DNA of 32,000 nucleotides from Pseudomonadota bacterium (GCA_021802555.1 JAJZRU010000028.1:5937-37936), one strand, 5' to 3'. Shown: positions 1-8,811, numbered from the stretch's first letter. Numbers and translations are program-made. Notes: generated by a model from the letters alone, not told the origin.

Positions 1-1279
1 CCGGCCGGTGCACACCACCTCGGTCATCCTCGGCTTCGGCGGCAGCGCGCTCTTCGCCACCTCCTATTACATCGTCCAGCGCACCTGTCAGGCGCGCTTG
101 ATTTCCGACTTTGCCGCGAGTTTCACCTTCTGGGGCTGGCAGGCCTGCGTCGTCCTGGCGGACGCCTCTTACATGATGGGGCATACGACCTCGCGCGAAT
201 ACGCGGAGATGGAGTGGCCCCTCGCGCTCCTGATCCTGGTGGTGTGGGTGGTGTACATGAATCTCTTCATCGGCACCATCATGCGCCGCAAGCAGCCGCA
301 CATCTATGTGGCCAACTGGTTTTACCTCGCCTTCATTCTGGCAGTGGCCATCCTGCATGTCTTCAATCACTTGGCCATCCCGGTGAGCATGTTCTCGATG
401 AAGTCCTACTCCCTGTTCTCCGGGGTGCAGGATGCCATGACCCAATGGTGGTACGGCCACAACATGGTGGGCTTCTATCTCACCGCGGCCTTCCTCGGCA
501 TGATGTATTACTTCGTGCCCAAGCAGGCCGGCCGGCCGATTTATTCCTACCGTCTGTCCATCGTCCACTTCTGGGCGCTGAGCTTCATGTACATGTGGGT
601 GGGCGCGCACCATCTGCACTGGACGGCGCTGCCCGACTGGACCTCGACGCTGGCCGCGACCTTCTCCATCCTGCTGCTCATGCCTTCCTGGGGCGGCATG
701 ATCAACGGCATCATGACCCTGTCGGGCGCCTGGGACAAGCTGCGCACCGACCCGGTGATGCGCTTCATGATCGTGGCGCTGTCCTTCTACGGCATGTCCA
801 CCTTCGAAGGCCCGATGATGGCGCTCAAGGAAGTGAACGCGCTGTCGCACTACACCAATTGGACGGTGGGGCACGTGCATTCCGGCGCGCTGGGCTGGGT
901 GGCGATGATCACTTTCGGTTCGCTCTATCACCTCATTCCCAAGCTCTGGAATACGCGCTTGTACAGCGTGCGTCTGGCCGCCATCCATTTCTGGCTGGCC
1001 ACCATAGGCATCTTGCTCTACATCGTCGCCATGTGGATTTCCGGCATCACCCAGGGCCTCATGTGGCGCGCTTATGACCAGTTCGGCAACCTGCAGTATT
1101 CCTTCATCGAGTCCGTGGCGGCCATCCATCCCTTCTATGTGATGCGCATGATCGGCGGGGTGTTCTTCCTCAGCGGCGTGCTGGTGATGGTCTTCAATGT
1201 CACCATGACCATACTGCAGGGCAAGCGCGAGGAGAGGCAGGCCCTGGCCGCGGGCGGCCTCGCCGGGGCCAACGTTTGA
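1..1279 (+). CDS. ccoN: cbb3-type cytochrome c oxidase subunit I (CcoN), 5' end cut by window edge
   Basis: The reading frame is open to the window start, and the tracked ORF 8..1279 begins at an internal GTG. It is a polytopic membrane protein with heme-copper oxidase His motifs ([24 protein letters not shown]). It is followed directly by ccoO, ccoQ and ccoP. Confidence 0.93.
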   Translation, partial: RPVHTTSVILGFGGSALFATSYYIVQRTCQARLISDFAASFTFWGWQACVVLADASYMMGHTTSREYAEMEWPLALLILVVWVVYMNLFIGTIMRRKQPHIYVANWFYLAFILAVAILHVFNHLAIPVSMFSMKSYSLFSGVQDAMTQWWYGHNMVGFYLTAAFLGMMYYFVPKQAGRPIYSYRLSIVHFWALSFMYMWVGAHHLHWTALPDWTSTLAATFSILLLMPSWGGMINGIMTLSGAWDKLRTDPVMRFMIVALSFYGMSTFEGPMMALKEVNALSHYTNWTVGHVHSGALGWVAMITFGSLYHLIPKLWNTRLYSVRLAAIHFWLATIGILLYIVAMWISGITQGLMWRAYDQFGNLQYSFIESVAAIHPFYVMRMIGGVFFLSGVLVMVFNVTMTILQGKREERQALAAGGLAGANV

Positions 1280-1299
1280 TTCCGAGTGGGTAAGAAAAG

Positions 1300-2049
1300 A
1301 TGAAACTGGGCTTCAAGCACGAGTGGATCGAAACCAACATCGGCCTCATGGTGGTGATCACCATGCTGGCCATCAGCGTGGCGGGCATGGTGGAAATCAT
1401 TCCTCTGTTCTTCATCAAGGGCACGGTGGAGAACGTGGCCGGCCCGCGCCCCTATACCCCGCTGGAATTGCGCGGCCGCGACATCTACCAGGATAACGGC
1501 TGCTTCTACTGCCACTCGCAGATGATCCGCCCCTTCCGCGACGAGGAGCTGCGCTACGGCCACTATTCGTTGGCCGCGGAGTCGCAGTACGACCATCCTT
1601 TTCTGTGGGGTTCGGAGCGCACCGGTCCCGACCTGGCGCGCATCGGCGGCAAATATTCCAACGCCTGGCATGTGCAGCACCTGATCGATCCGCGCTCGGT
1701 GGTGTCCCAGTCCATCATGCCGGGCTTCCCCTGGCTGGCGACCACGCCGCTGAACATGTCCGACATCGAGGCGCGCATGAAGGCCTTGCGCGACGTCGGC
1801 GTGCCCTATGCGCTGACCAAGCAGGAATACGAGGCCGATGTGAAGAAGTTCGGCCCTGAACTGGCCAAGCAGTACTACATCCCCAATGCCCAGCAGAACA
1901 TCATCGAGCAGGCCAACGCCAACGATTATGACGGACGCAAGAACGGCCCCATCACGGAGATGGATGCCGTCATCGCCTATCTGCAGAGCCTGGGCAACCA
2001 GGTCGACTGGAGCAAGGTGAACGAGAACCAGCTCGTGAAGGATCGCTGA
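1300..2049 (+). CDS. ccoO: cbb3-type cytochrome c oxidase subunit II, monoheme (CcoO)
   Basis: 249 aa with an N-terminal TM helix and a single CxxCH motif (CFYCHSQMIRP). It starts 20 nt after ccoN. Confidence 0.93.
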   Translation: MKLGFKHEWIETNIGLMVVITMLAISVAGMVEIIPLFFIKGTVENVAGPRPYTPLELRGRDIYQDNGCFYCHSQMIRPFRDEELRYGHYSLAAESQYDHPFLWGSERTGPDLARIGGKYSNAWHVQHLIDPRSVVSQSIMPGFPWLATTPLNMSDIEARMKALRDVGVPYALTKQEYEADVKKFGPELAKQYYIPNAQQNIIEQANANDYDGRKNGPITEMDAVIAYLQSLGNQVDWSKVNENQLVKDR

Positions 2050-2067
2050 GCGGAGCGGGGAAGCGCC

Positions 2068-2241
2068 ATGGAATGGTTCATGTGGTTCACCAAGTTCGAG
2101 CATACCCAGCCGCTGGTGCTGGTCATACTGGTGGTGCTGTTCGTGGGCATCAGCTATTACGTCTATGGCAGCAGCGCGCGCGGCAAGCGCATCGAATCGC
2201 ACAAGAACATGATTTTTTCTGACGACGATGACAAGCGATAG
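2068..2241 (+). CDS. ccoQ: cbb3-type cytochrome c oxidase small subunit CcoQ/FixQ (57 aa)
   Basis: Absent from the ORF track because it is under 60 aa; I translated it by hand as MEWFMWFTKFEHTQPLVLVILVVLFVGISYYVYGSSARGKRIESHKNMIFSDDDDKR. It has one TM helix and an acidic tail, high GC3, and sits in the canonical slot between ccoO and ccoP. Confidence 0.8.
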   Translation: MEWFMWFTKFEHTQPLVLVILVVLFVGISYYVYGSSARGKRIESHKNMIFSDDDDKR

Positions 2242-2253
2242 GAAGCGTCTTAG

Positions 2254-3180
2254 ATGAGCCAAAATCCTAGCCAACAGGGCCAACAGGCGGTGCAGACCAC
2301 GGGACACGTGTGGGATGGCGATCTGCAGGAGTTCAACAACCCCTTGCCGACCTGGTGGGTGTACACGTTTTTCGCGACCATTGTCTTTTCCATCGGCTAT
2401 TGGCTCATCTACCCCGCCTGGCCTATCGGCAACACCTATACCAGGGGCTTCGATACCATCACTTACGTGGACAAGGCCGGCCAGAAGGTCACCAGCCACT
2501 GGAACACGCGCGCGCTCCTGATGGAGGACATGAACAAGGCGGCGGCCTTCCAGAAGCCCTTCTTCGACAAGGTCTTGGCCACCCCCTACGAACAGATCGC
2601 CAAGGATCCCGAGCTGGAAAACTTCGTCATGGCCACGGGCCACTCCCTGTTCGAGAACAACTGCGCCTCCTGTCACCAGACCGGAGCGCAGGGGCTGGTC
2701 GGCCACTACCCCAACCTAACCGATGACGATTGGCTCTATGGCGGCCGCTACGCACAGATCAATTACACCATCACCGACGGCCGCCATGGCTATATGCCCA
2801 CTTTCGGCGAGGTGCTGGAGCCGGCGCAGATCGACGATCTGGCCAACTATGTCGCGAGCCTCTCGGGCATTCACGCGGATCCGGCCAAGGTGGCCGCGGG
2901 CAGGCAGCTGTTTCATTCCGATACCGCAGGGTGCTTCTACTGCCATGGCGAGCAGGCCACCGGCCGCCATGTGATCGGCGCGCCCAATCTGACCGACCAA
3001 ATTTGGCTGTGGGCCGACGTTCCTGCACACCACACCGCACAAGGCAAGATCGAGGCCATCCGCAAGGTCATCTACAATGGCGTGAACAAGGGTGTCATGC
3101 CGGCGTGGGGCGACCGGCTCTCGCCGGTGGATATCAAGGTGCTGACTTTCTACGTCCATAATCTGGGCGGCGGTCAGTAG
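2254..3180 (+). CDS. ccoP: cbb3-type cytochrome c oxidase subunit III, diheme (CcoP)
   Basis: 308 aa with an N-terminal TM region and two CxxCH motifs (CASCH, CFYCH). An AGGAAG Shine-Dalgarno lies 8 nt upstream of the ATG. Confidence 0.93.
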   Translation: MSQNPSQQGQQAVQTTGHVWDGDLQEFNNPLPTWWVYTFFATIVFSIGYWLIYPAWPIGNTYTRGFDTITYVDKAGQKVTSHWNTRALLMEDMNKAAAFQKPFFDKVLATPYEQIAKDPELENFVMATGHSLFENNCASCHQTGAQGLVGHYPNLTDDDWLYGGRYAQINYTITDGRHGYMPTFGEVLEPAQIDDLANYVASLSGIHADPAKVAAGRQLFHSDTAGCFYCHGEQATGRHVIGAPNLTDQIWLWADVPAHHTAQGKIEAIRKVIYNGVNKGVMPAWGDRLSPVDIKVLTFYVHNLGGGQ

Positions 3181-3200
3181 CATTGCGCTCGTTGTTGCAT

Positions 3201-3231
3201 GGGGCCCCCGCGCAACGGGGGCCCTTGTCTT
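3201..3231 (+). terminator. GC-rich hairpin plus T-rich tail after ccoP (intrinsic terminator or attenuator between ccoNOQP and ccoG)
   Basis: gggcccccg-cgcaa-cgggggccc forms a perfect 9-bp all-G/C stem with a 5-nt loop, followed by ttgtctt. It starts 21 nt after the ccoP stop. Confidence 0.6.
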
Positions 3232-3241
3232 GGAGTAAATC

Positions 3242-4693
3242 GTGCAGGCAGGTATGAACGGGGAAGCGGTGGCGGCGCCGCAAAAGCGCATGCTGATCTT
3301 CACCCGCTCGGTGAAAGGCAAGTTCAGGCGCTTCAAATGGAGCATGCTGGTGCTGGCCTACGCGGTTTATTTTCTGCTGCCCTGGCTGCCCTGGACGCGC
3401 CAGAGCGGGCCGTCGCAGCCCATTCTTTTCGACATTCCCGGCCGGCGCTTCTATGTCTTCGATCTGGTCATGTACCCGCAGGACGTGCTGTGGCTGGCCA
3501 TGCTGCTGTTCATCGCCGCCATCTTCCTGTTCTTCGTCACTGGGTTGGTAGGGCGCGCGTTCTGCGGCTATTACTGCTTCCAGACCCTGTGGACCGATTT
3601 TTTCATCTGGATCGAGGGCAAGATCCAGGGCGAGCGCCCCGCCCGCATCCGCCTGCACAAGCAGCCCTGGAATGCGGAAAAGGCGCTCAAGCTGGGAGCC
3701 ACCCACTTCGCCTGGCTGCTGGTTTCCTTCTGGACGGCGTTCACCTTCGTTGCCTATTACGCCCCTGCCGGCCAATTGCTGCGCGAATTCTTTGTCGGCG
3801 CGGCGCCTGCCGCGGCCTACACGACCACGGGTATCCTCACGTTCACGACCTATCTGGCCGCGGGTTTCATGCGCGAGCAGATCTGTGCCTTCGTGTGCCC
3901 CTACGGACGCTTCCAGAGCGTGATGTACGCGCCGCAGACGCTCGCGGTGCATTATGACGCGCGGCGCGGCGAGGGCGAGAAGGGCCGCCTGGCGCCCAGG
4001 CAGGGGCTCAAGACGCTTGAAGAACGGCATGCCCAAGGGCACGGCGATTGCGTCGATTGCGGCTATTGCGTGCAGGTCTGCCCGGCCGGCATCGACATCC
4101 GCGACGGCCTGCAGTATCGCTGCATCTCCTGCGGCCTGTGCATAGACGCCTGCAACCAGATCATGGATTCGGCGGGCTTCCCGCGCGGGCTGATCCGCTA
4201 CGATTCGGAGGAGAATCTGGCCCGGCCGGTGCCGGCCAAGCCGCACATCGAGCTGCGCAACTTCCGGGTCATCGGCTATGGCATCGCGCTTGCGCTCATG
4301 GTCGGTTTCCTGGTCTACAACATTGCCACCCACCAGCCCATGGCGGTGGTGGTGAACCAGGTTCGCCAGCCTTTGTACACCACCCTGGCGAACGGCGACG
4401 TGCGCGATGCCTACCACATACGCATCACCAACAGTTCGCGGCGCGACGAGGTCTATGCCATCTCCGCAAAGGGCCTGCCGGCCGGGGCGCTGCAACTGGC
4501 CTTCCACGACGTCCCCATCAAGACCGGCCGCAGCGTAGAGGTCTATGCCTGGGTGAGGCTGGGCCCCCAGCATGCCGCGGAGATTTCCCGGTTCCATTTC
4601 GTCGTTACGCCGCGCTCGGAGCCGGACAAGGCATGGACGGGAGTGGCGCGCTTCTTCAGCGCGGCGGGCGAGGCGGACGGCGACAACGAGTGA
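3242..4693 (+). CDS. ccoG: cytochrome c oxidase accessory protein CcoG/FixG (membrane 4Fe-4S ferredoxin)
   Basis: 483 aa with TM helices and two ferredoxin-type Cys clusters (CVDCGYCVQVCP, CISCGLCIDAC). The GTG start has a GGAG Shine-Dalgarno 6 nt upstream; ATG 3254 is an alternative start. Confidence 0.9.
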   Translation: MQAGMNGEAVAAPQKRMLIFTRSVKGKFRRFKWSMLVLAYAVYFLLPWLPWTRQSGPSQPILFDIPGRRFYVFDLVMYPQDVLWLAMLLFIAAIFLFFVTGLVGRAFCGYYCFQTLWTDFFIWIEGKIQGERPARIRLHKQPWNAEKALKLGATHFAWLLVSFWTAFTFVAYYAPAGQLLREFFVGAAPAAAYTTTGILTFTTYLAAGFMREQICAFVCPYGRFQSVMYAPQTLAVHYDARRGEGEKGRLAPRQGLKTLEERHAQGHGDCVDCGYCVQVCPAGIDIRDGLQYRCISCGLCIDACNQIMDSAGFPRGLIRYDSEENLARPVPAKPHIELRNFRVIGYGIALALMVGFLVYNIATHQPMAVVVNQVRQPLYTTLANGDVRDAYHIRITNSSRRDEVYAISAKGLPAGALQLAFHDVPIKTGRSVEVYAWVRLGPQHAAEISRFHFVVTPRSEPDKAWTGVARFFSAAGEADGDNE

Positions 4694-5463
4694 ACATTTT
4701 CCTGACCCTGTTCGGCGGCCTGTTCACGGTCATCCTGCTGTTCGTGGCCGGCGCCCGGCTGGGCATTCCGCCGGTCTTGCGCGGCATCGTCGCGGCAGGC
4801 TTCCCGCTGATCGCCTACGCCGTCGCCTCGGTGCGCTACTGGCCGGGGCTGGACGTGCTGAGCCTGCATATCGCCACCTTCGCGGTGGCGGGCTTCGTCA
4901 TGGTGGTGATGGCCAAGCAGCAGGCCAAGAGCGGCGCGAAAAAAATGCATTGGGCGCCCAAGGCCTTCGTGGTCTATGTCTTCATCCTGGTGCTGCTCAA
5001 TGCCGGCTTTCTCTATGTCGCCACGCAGGGCATCCCTACGGCCTGGGTGCATTATTTCCTGCCCGATCCCGGCGACAAGACCATACGCACCGGTTTTTCC
5101 GGGGTGGTCGAGCACGGCCAGGATGCGGCCAGCCCGGTGGCCTCCGAGCTGAGCGAAAGCAACCGCGAGCAGGCGCTGGGCTGGCAGGCGCAGGTGCAAG
5201 GGTTGGCCTTGCCGCGCCGCGGCGCCAACACGGTGTACATCAAGGTCATGGACAGTGATAGCCTATGGGTACACGGCCTGGATGCCGTCATGACGGTGAG
5301 CAGACCGGGAGGCGGCGCAGGCAGTACAGTGGCGTTCAAGGAGCAGGGCAATGCCTATGAAGGAACCCTGGATTTCGACAGCCCCGGCCGCTGGATCGTC
5401 GACATGCGCATAAGCAAGGGGCAGGCCCAGCTGCACCGTTCCTGGGCCATACAAGTGCCATGA
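4690..5463 (+). CDS. FixH/CcoH-like protein with an N-terminal approximately 3-TM extension (257 aa)
   Basis: This is the C-terminal part of tracked ORF 4048..5463. GTG 4690 overlaps the ccoG stop (GTGA). The N-terminus has hydrophobic helices with high GC3. A FixH-like TM anchor and periplasmic domain follow (WAPKAFVVYVFILVLLNAGFLYVA ... ALGWQAQV ... GRWIVDMRI). Confidence 0.75.
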   Translation: MNIFLTLFGGLFTVILLFVAGARLGIPPVLRGIVAAGFPLIAYAVASVRYWPGLDVLSLHIATFAVAGFVMVVMAKQQAKSGAKKMHWAPKAFVVYVFILVLLNAGFLYVATQGIPTAWVHYFLPDPGDKTIRTGFSGVVEHGQDAASPVASELSESNREQALGWQAQVQGLALPRRGANTVYIKVMDSDSLWVHGLDAVMTVSRPGGGAGSTVAFKEQGNAYEGTLDFDSPGRWIVDMRISKGQAQLHRSWAIQVP

Positions 5464-5672
5464 GCGGGGTACTCTGGCTGCTGCTTTCCCTCTCCGGCCT
5501 GTTCGTCATCAAGGCGCTGGTCGCCATGTTCTGGGCGATAAAGAACGGCCAGTTCGATGATATGGAAGGCCCGGCGGTGCGTATCCTCATGGACGAGGAC
5601 GACCCCCTGCTGCCGCAGAATAGCCGCGTATTGAAGAAGGACGACGGCTCGGATAAGATTTCTCAAGATTGA
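5460..5672 (+). CDS. ccoS: cbb3 oxidase maturation protein CcoS/FixS
   Basis: 70 aa with a single TM helix followed by the CcoS-type signature WAIKNGQFDDMEGPAVRILMDEDD. Its ATG overlaps the fixH-like stop (ATGA). Confidence 0.88.
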   Translation: MSGVLWLLLSLSGLFVIKALVAMFWAIKNGQFDDMEGPAVRILMDEDDPLLPQNSRVLKKDDGSDKISQD

Positions 5673-5684
5673 TAAGGATGCGCC

Positions 5685-5804
5685 ATGGACAAGTTTTTCC
5701 TCACCCAGAAACTCCCCCTCATCCTCGTTACCGGCCTCGTCGTCTGGGCCTGGTTCAGCATCCTTTCGGTTCTGGCCTACGAGTTCTTCACCCGCCTGCT
5801 GTGA
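5685..5804 (+). CDS. hypothetical 39-aa single-TM protein downstream of ccoS
   Basis: Hand-translated as MDKFFLTQKLPLILVTGLVVWAWFSILSVLAYEFFTRLL. An AAGGA Shine-Dalgarno lies 6 nt upstream of the ATG, which is 12 nt after the ccoS stop. Third codon positions are strongly G/C-biased, and a terminator follows. I do not recognise a family. Confidence 0.5.
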   Translation: MDKFFLTQKLPLILVTGLVVWAWFSILSVLAYEFFTRLL

Positions 5805-5835
5805 CGGCCGGCCAGCTTGGCTGGATGAAACCCAA

Positions 5836-5857
5836 GCTCCGCCCGGCGGGGCTTTTT
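5836..5857 (+). terminator. rho-independent terminator ending the ccoG-ccoS unit
   Basis: gctccgc-ccg-gcggggc forms a 7-bp stem with one G-U pair, followed by TTTTT. A second hairpin (agcttgg...ccaagct) precedes it. It lies between convergent genes, about 40 nt from the hemW stop. Confidence 0.7.
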
Positions 5858-5894
5858 GTCGGCCGGGGCCGGGCACCCGTTCTCCTGCGCGGAC

Positions 5895-7076
5895 TCACAG
5901 GAACAACTGTAGAAGATCGTTGAGAAAGCGCGCCCCCAAGGCCGTGGCCTGCAGGCGCGTGTCGTCATCCCGCATCAGCCCCTGCGCACGGGCGCGTGCC
6001 AGCGCCGCTGACAGCGAGAAAGGCGGCAGCCCGGTGCGCGCGGCGTACAAATCCATCTCGGCGCCCTCGCTCAGCCGCAGGGCATTCATCATGAATTCGA
6101 AAGGCAGTTCGGCTGCGCCGACGCGGCGGCGCTCGGCGATGTGGCCCGCGGGGGCCGCGCCCGGCAGCGCCTCCAGATACTGGCGCGGATGGCGCACGCG
6201 CGCCTCGCGCACGATGCCCCCGGGGAGGCTCAGCTTGCTGTGGGCGCCCGCGCCTATGCCCAGGTAGTCGCCGAAGCGCCAGTAATTGAGGTTGTGGCGG
6301 CAGCGCTGGCCCGCACGCGCGTAGGCCGAGGTTTCGTAGTGCTCGTAGCCGGCCTGCGCCGCGCGCGCCTCGATGAGCGCCTGCATGTCCGCCGCCACAT
6401 CGTCGTCCGGGAGATGTGCTGGCGGCGTGCGGCCGAAAGGGGTATTGGGCTCCAGCGTCAGATGGTAGTAGGACAGATGCGGCGGCGCGTAGCCCAGCGC
6501 TGCGTCCAGATCGCGGCGCAGATCCGCCAGGCTTTGGCCGGGCAGGGCGTACATGAGATCGAGGTTGTAGGTCTCGAAATGGCGCGCCGCCAGCTCCGCC
6601 GCGCGCCGCGCCTGCGCGGCGTCATGGATGCGCCCGAGTGCGGCGAGCTTGTCTGCGTCGAAACTCTGGATGCCCAATGACAGCCGCGTGATGCCAGCGG
6701 CGCGAAAGGCGCCGAAGCGATCGGCTTCCAGCGTGCCGGGGTTGGCCTCCAGGGTGATTTCCGCCAGCGGCGCCAGGCGCGCGCGCGCGCGGATCTCGCT
6801 CAGCAGACGGTCCATGCCGTCGGGCGAGAACAGGCTGGGCGTGCCGCCGCCGAAGAACACCGTCTCGACCCTGCGTCCCCAGATCTGCGGCAGCGCACCT
6901 TCCAGGTCGCACAGCAAGGCGGCGATGTAGGCATCCTCGGGCAGTTCGTCGCGCAGGGCATGGGAATTGAAATCGCAATAAGGGCACTTCTGCACGCACC
7001 ACGGCAGATGGATGTAGAGCGACAGGGGCGGCGGCGCCGCGAGCTGCCCCGGACCGCGCAGGGTATGTTCAGCCAT
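5895..7076 (-). CDS. hemW: radical SAM heme chaperone HemW (HemN-like, coproporphyrinogen III oxidase family)
   Basis: Starts MAEHTLRGPGQLAAPPPLSLYIHLPWCVQKCPYCDFNSH, which contains the CX3CX2C radical SAM motif. The 32 upstream codons of tracked ORF 5895..7172 look non-coding in this frame. Confidence 0.88.
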   Translation of the reverse strand: MAEHTLRGPGQLAAPPPLSLYIHLPWCVQKCPYCDFNSHALRDELPEDAYIAALLCDLEGALPQIWGRRVETVFFGGGTPSLFSPDGMDRLLSEIRARARLAPLAEITLEANPGTLEADRFGAFRAAGITRLSLGIQSFDADKLAALGRIHDAAQARRAAELAARHFETYNLDLMYALPGQSLADLRRDLDAALGYAPPHLSYYHLTLEPNTPFGRTPPAHLPDDDVAADMQALIEARAAQAGYEHYETSAYARAGQRCRHNLNYWRFGDYLGIGAGAHSKLSLPGGIVREARVRHPRQYLEALPGAAPAGHIAERRRVGAAELPFEFMMNALRLSEGAEMDLYAARTGLPPFSLSAALARARAQGLMRDDDTRLQATALGARFLNDLLQLFL

Positions 7077-7323
7077 GTTCCAGGATGGCCTTGACGATGG
7101 CCCCAGCCAGCATGAGGCCGAACAGCGGCGGCAGATAGCTGATGGTGCCGTTGACCGCGCGCGGGCGGCCATGCCCCTGGACGGGCTCGGGCGGCCGCGG
7201 CGGGCGGCCGGGTTCGTCCGAGTACACCGTCAGCACGCCGCGGCTGATGCCGCGCCGGCGCTTGCGCATGGGCGCGGCGAACGGGTCCCGGCTGCTGCGT
7301 TCGAACTGCGGCTGGGGGCTCAT
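7069..7323 (-). CDS. hypothetical 84-aa protein with a basic, Pro-rich N-terminal part and a C-terminal hydrophobic helix
   Basis: Its ATG overlaps the antiporter stop (ATGA), and its stop overlaps the hemW start by 8 nt (ATGGCTGA). GC3 is high and the C-terminus reads ISYLPPLFGLMLAGAIVKAILEHG. The middle part is low-complexity, so coding status is uncertain. Confidence 0.45.
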   Translation of the reverse strand: MSPQPQFERSSRDPFAAPMRKRRRGISRGVLTVYSDEPGRPPRPPEPVQGHGRPRAVNGTISYLPPLFGLMLAGAIVKAILEHG

Positions 7324-8570
7324 GCGTCGGCGGGCAAGCGTGCGCCGTAACGGCGGTAGAAGGCTTTCATCAGGAAAGGCGGCAGCGCCGTGGTGAGGGC
7401 GATGACGAGGAGCAGTGCGGCATAGAGCTGGCTGTCGAGGATGCCGTTGTTCAGGCCGAGCTGGGCGAAAATCAGCCCGACCTCGCCGCGCGGCACCATG
7501 GCCAGCCCGATGGCGGATTGCGTGAGGCGGGGCTCGCGCGCGCAGAAGCCCGCCAGCCATTTGCCGACGAAAGCCACCAGCAGCAGGTTCAGGCCCAGCG
7601 CCCAGATGAAACCCGAGCCCCAGTCCACTTCGCTCAGGTTGAGCGAGACCCCGACCATGACGAAGAACAGCGGCGTGAAGGTGTGGATCAGGGGGCGGAT
7701 CTGTTCTTCCAGGCGGTGCGTGAGCGCCGGGTTTTCCCGCAGCAGGTGGTTTAAGAACGACGTGTAGGGCAGTTTCAGGCGCTGTGCGATGCTGGCGCGG
7801 AAGCCCTGGCCCAGCGCCAGGCCGGCGGCAAAGCCGCCCAGGATTTCGGGCGCGCCCACGGCATGTGCCAGCCAGCTCATGAAGAGGATGAGCGCCAACA
7901 CCAGGGTGACGAGCAGGCCGGGGCTGGCGGCGCGCCGGTCGAAGTGGTCGATGAGGCTCGCCACCAGCTTGGCCAGAAAGGGCCCCAGCACCAGAAAAAG
8001 CAGGATGTACAGACCGACGTTGACGGTATTGGCGATGCTGGTCTCGCCCTTGATGGAAAAATCATAGAGAAAGGCCAGCAGCAGCACACCCAGGATGTCG
8101 TCCAGCACTGCGGCGCCCAGCACGATCTGGGCCTCGCGGCTGTGGCGGCGTTTGAGATCGGAGAGCACGCGCACGGTGATGCCTATGCTGGTGGCGGTGA
8201 GCGTGCCGGCGATGAACAGCGCGGCGGCCAGGCTCAGATCGAAGCCATAGCGCGCCACGGCAAAGCCGCCTGCGGCCGGCAGCAGCACGCCGCCTACCGC
8301 TACCAGAATGGGCTTGGCGCCCGTTTGCGCCAGGCGGAACACGTCCGTATCCATGCCCACTTCGAACAGCAGCAGGGTCACGCCAATTTCGGCCAACAGC
8401 TTCATGGTGGCGTCTGGGCTCACCCAGCCGAGCAGCGAGGGCCCCAGCACCAATCCCGCCGCCAGTTCGCCGATCACGCCCGGTACGCCCAGGCGTGTGC
8501 CAACCTCCGAGAACAGGCGCGCCGTGAGCAGCAGCACGGCCAGCATGAGAAAGAATTCGTGGATTTGCAA
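7320..8570 (-). CDS. cation:proton antiporter (CPA2 / Na+/H+ exchanger family)
   Basis: 416 aa, polytopic. The N-terminus LTARLFSEVGTRLGVPGVIGELAAGLVLGPSLLGWV is typical of Kef/NapA-type exchangers. TTG start with a GGAGG Shine-Dalgarno 5 nt upstream. There is no C-terminal TrkA/KTN domain. Confidence 0.85.
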   Translation of the reverse strand: MQIHEFFLMLAVLLLTARLFSEVGTRLGVPGVIGELAAGLVLGPSLLGWVSPDATMKLLAEIGVTLLLFEVGMDTDVFRLAQTGAKPILVAVGGVLLPAAGGFAVARYGFDLSLAAALFIAGTLTATSIGITVRVLSDLKRRHSREAQIVLGAAVLDDILGVLLLAFLYDFSIKGETSIANTVNVGLYILLFLVLGPFLAKLVASLIDHFDRRAASPGLLVTLVLALILFMSWLAHAVGAPEILGGFAAGLALGQGFRASIAQRLKLPYTSFLNHLLRENPALTHRLEEQIRPLIHTFTPLFFVMVGVSLNLSEVDWGSGFIWALGLNLLLVAFVGKWLAGFCAREPRLTQSAIGLAMVPRGEVGLIFAQLGLNNGILDSQLYAALLLVIALTTALPPFLMKAFYRRYGARLPADA

Positions 8571-8610
8571 AAATGCCTCCGTCGCAGGACAGGGATTCTA
8601 AAATACGGGC

Positions 8611-8811
8611 ATGGGCAAATGGCTCGTCACTCTCGGTCTTATCCTTGTCGCCGCCGGGCTGCTGTGGCCCTGGCTGGCGAAGCTGGGGCTGGGCAGCCTG
8701 CCGGGCGACATCCGCATCGAGCGCGGCAACAAGGTATTTTACTTCCCGCTGACCAGCAGCATCCTGGTGTCGCTGGTCTTGAGCCTGATTTTGTGGCTGC
8801 TCAGAAAATGA
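8611..8811 (+). CDS. DUF2905 family small membrane protein
   Basis: 66 aa with two TM helices flanking LPGDIRIERGNKVFYFPLTSSI, which I recognise as the DUF2905 pattern. Confidence 0.75.
   Translation: MGKWLVTLGLILVAAGLLWPWLAKLGLGSLPGDIRIERGNKVFYFPLTSSILVSLVLSLILWLLRK

Noticed and set aside
1135-4597. Long minus-strand ORFs (1135..2706, 523 aa; 3134..4597, 487 aa) antisense to ccoO/ccoP/ccoG
   Set aside because: Their composition is non-protein-like, while the plus strand encodes heme- and Fe-S-motif-bearing cco genes in canonical order.
8571-8610. TAAAAT hexamer 6 nt before the DUF2905 ATG as a promoter for a leaderless mRNA
   Set aside because: There is no acceptable -35 at 16-18 nt spacing. 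The 40-bp divergent spacer is too short to judge, so the hit is likely chance.
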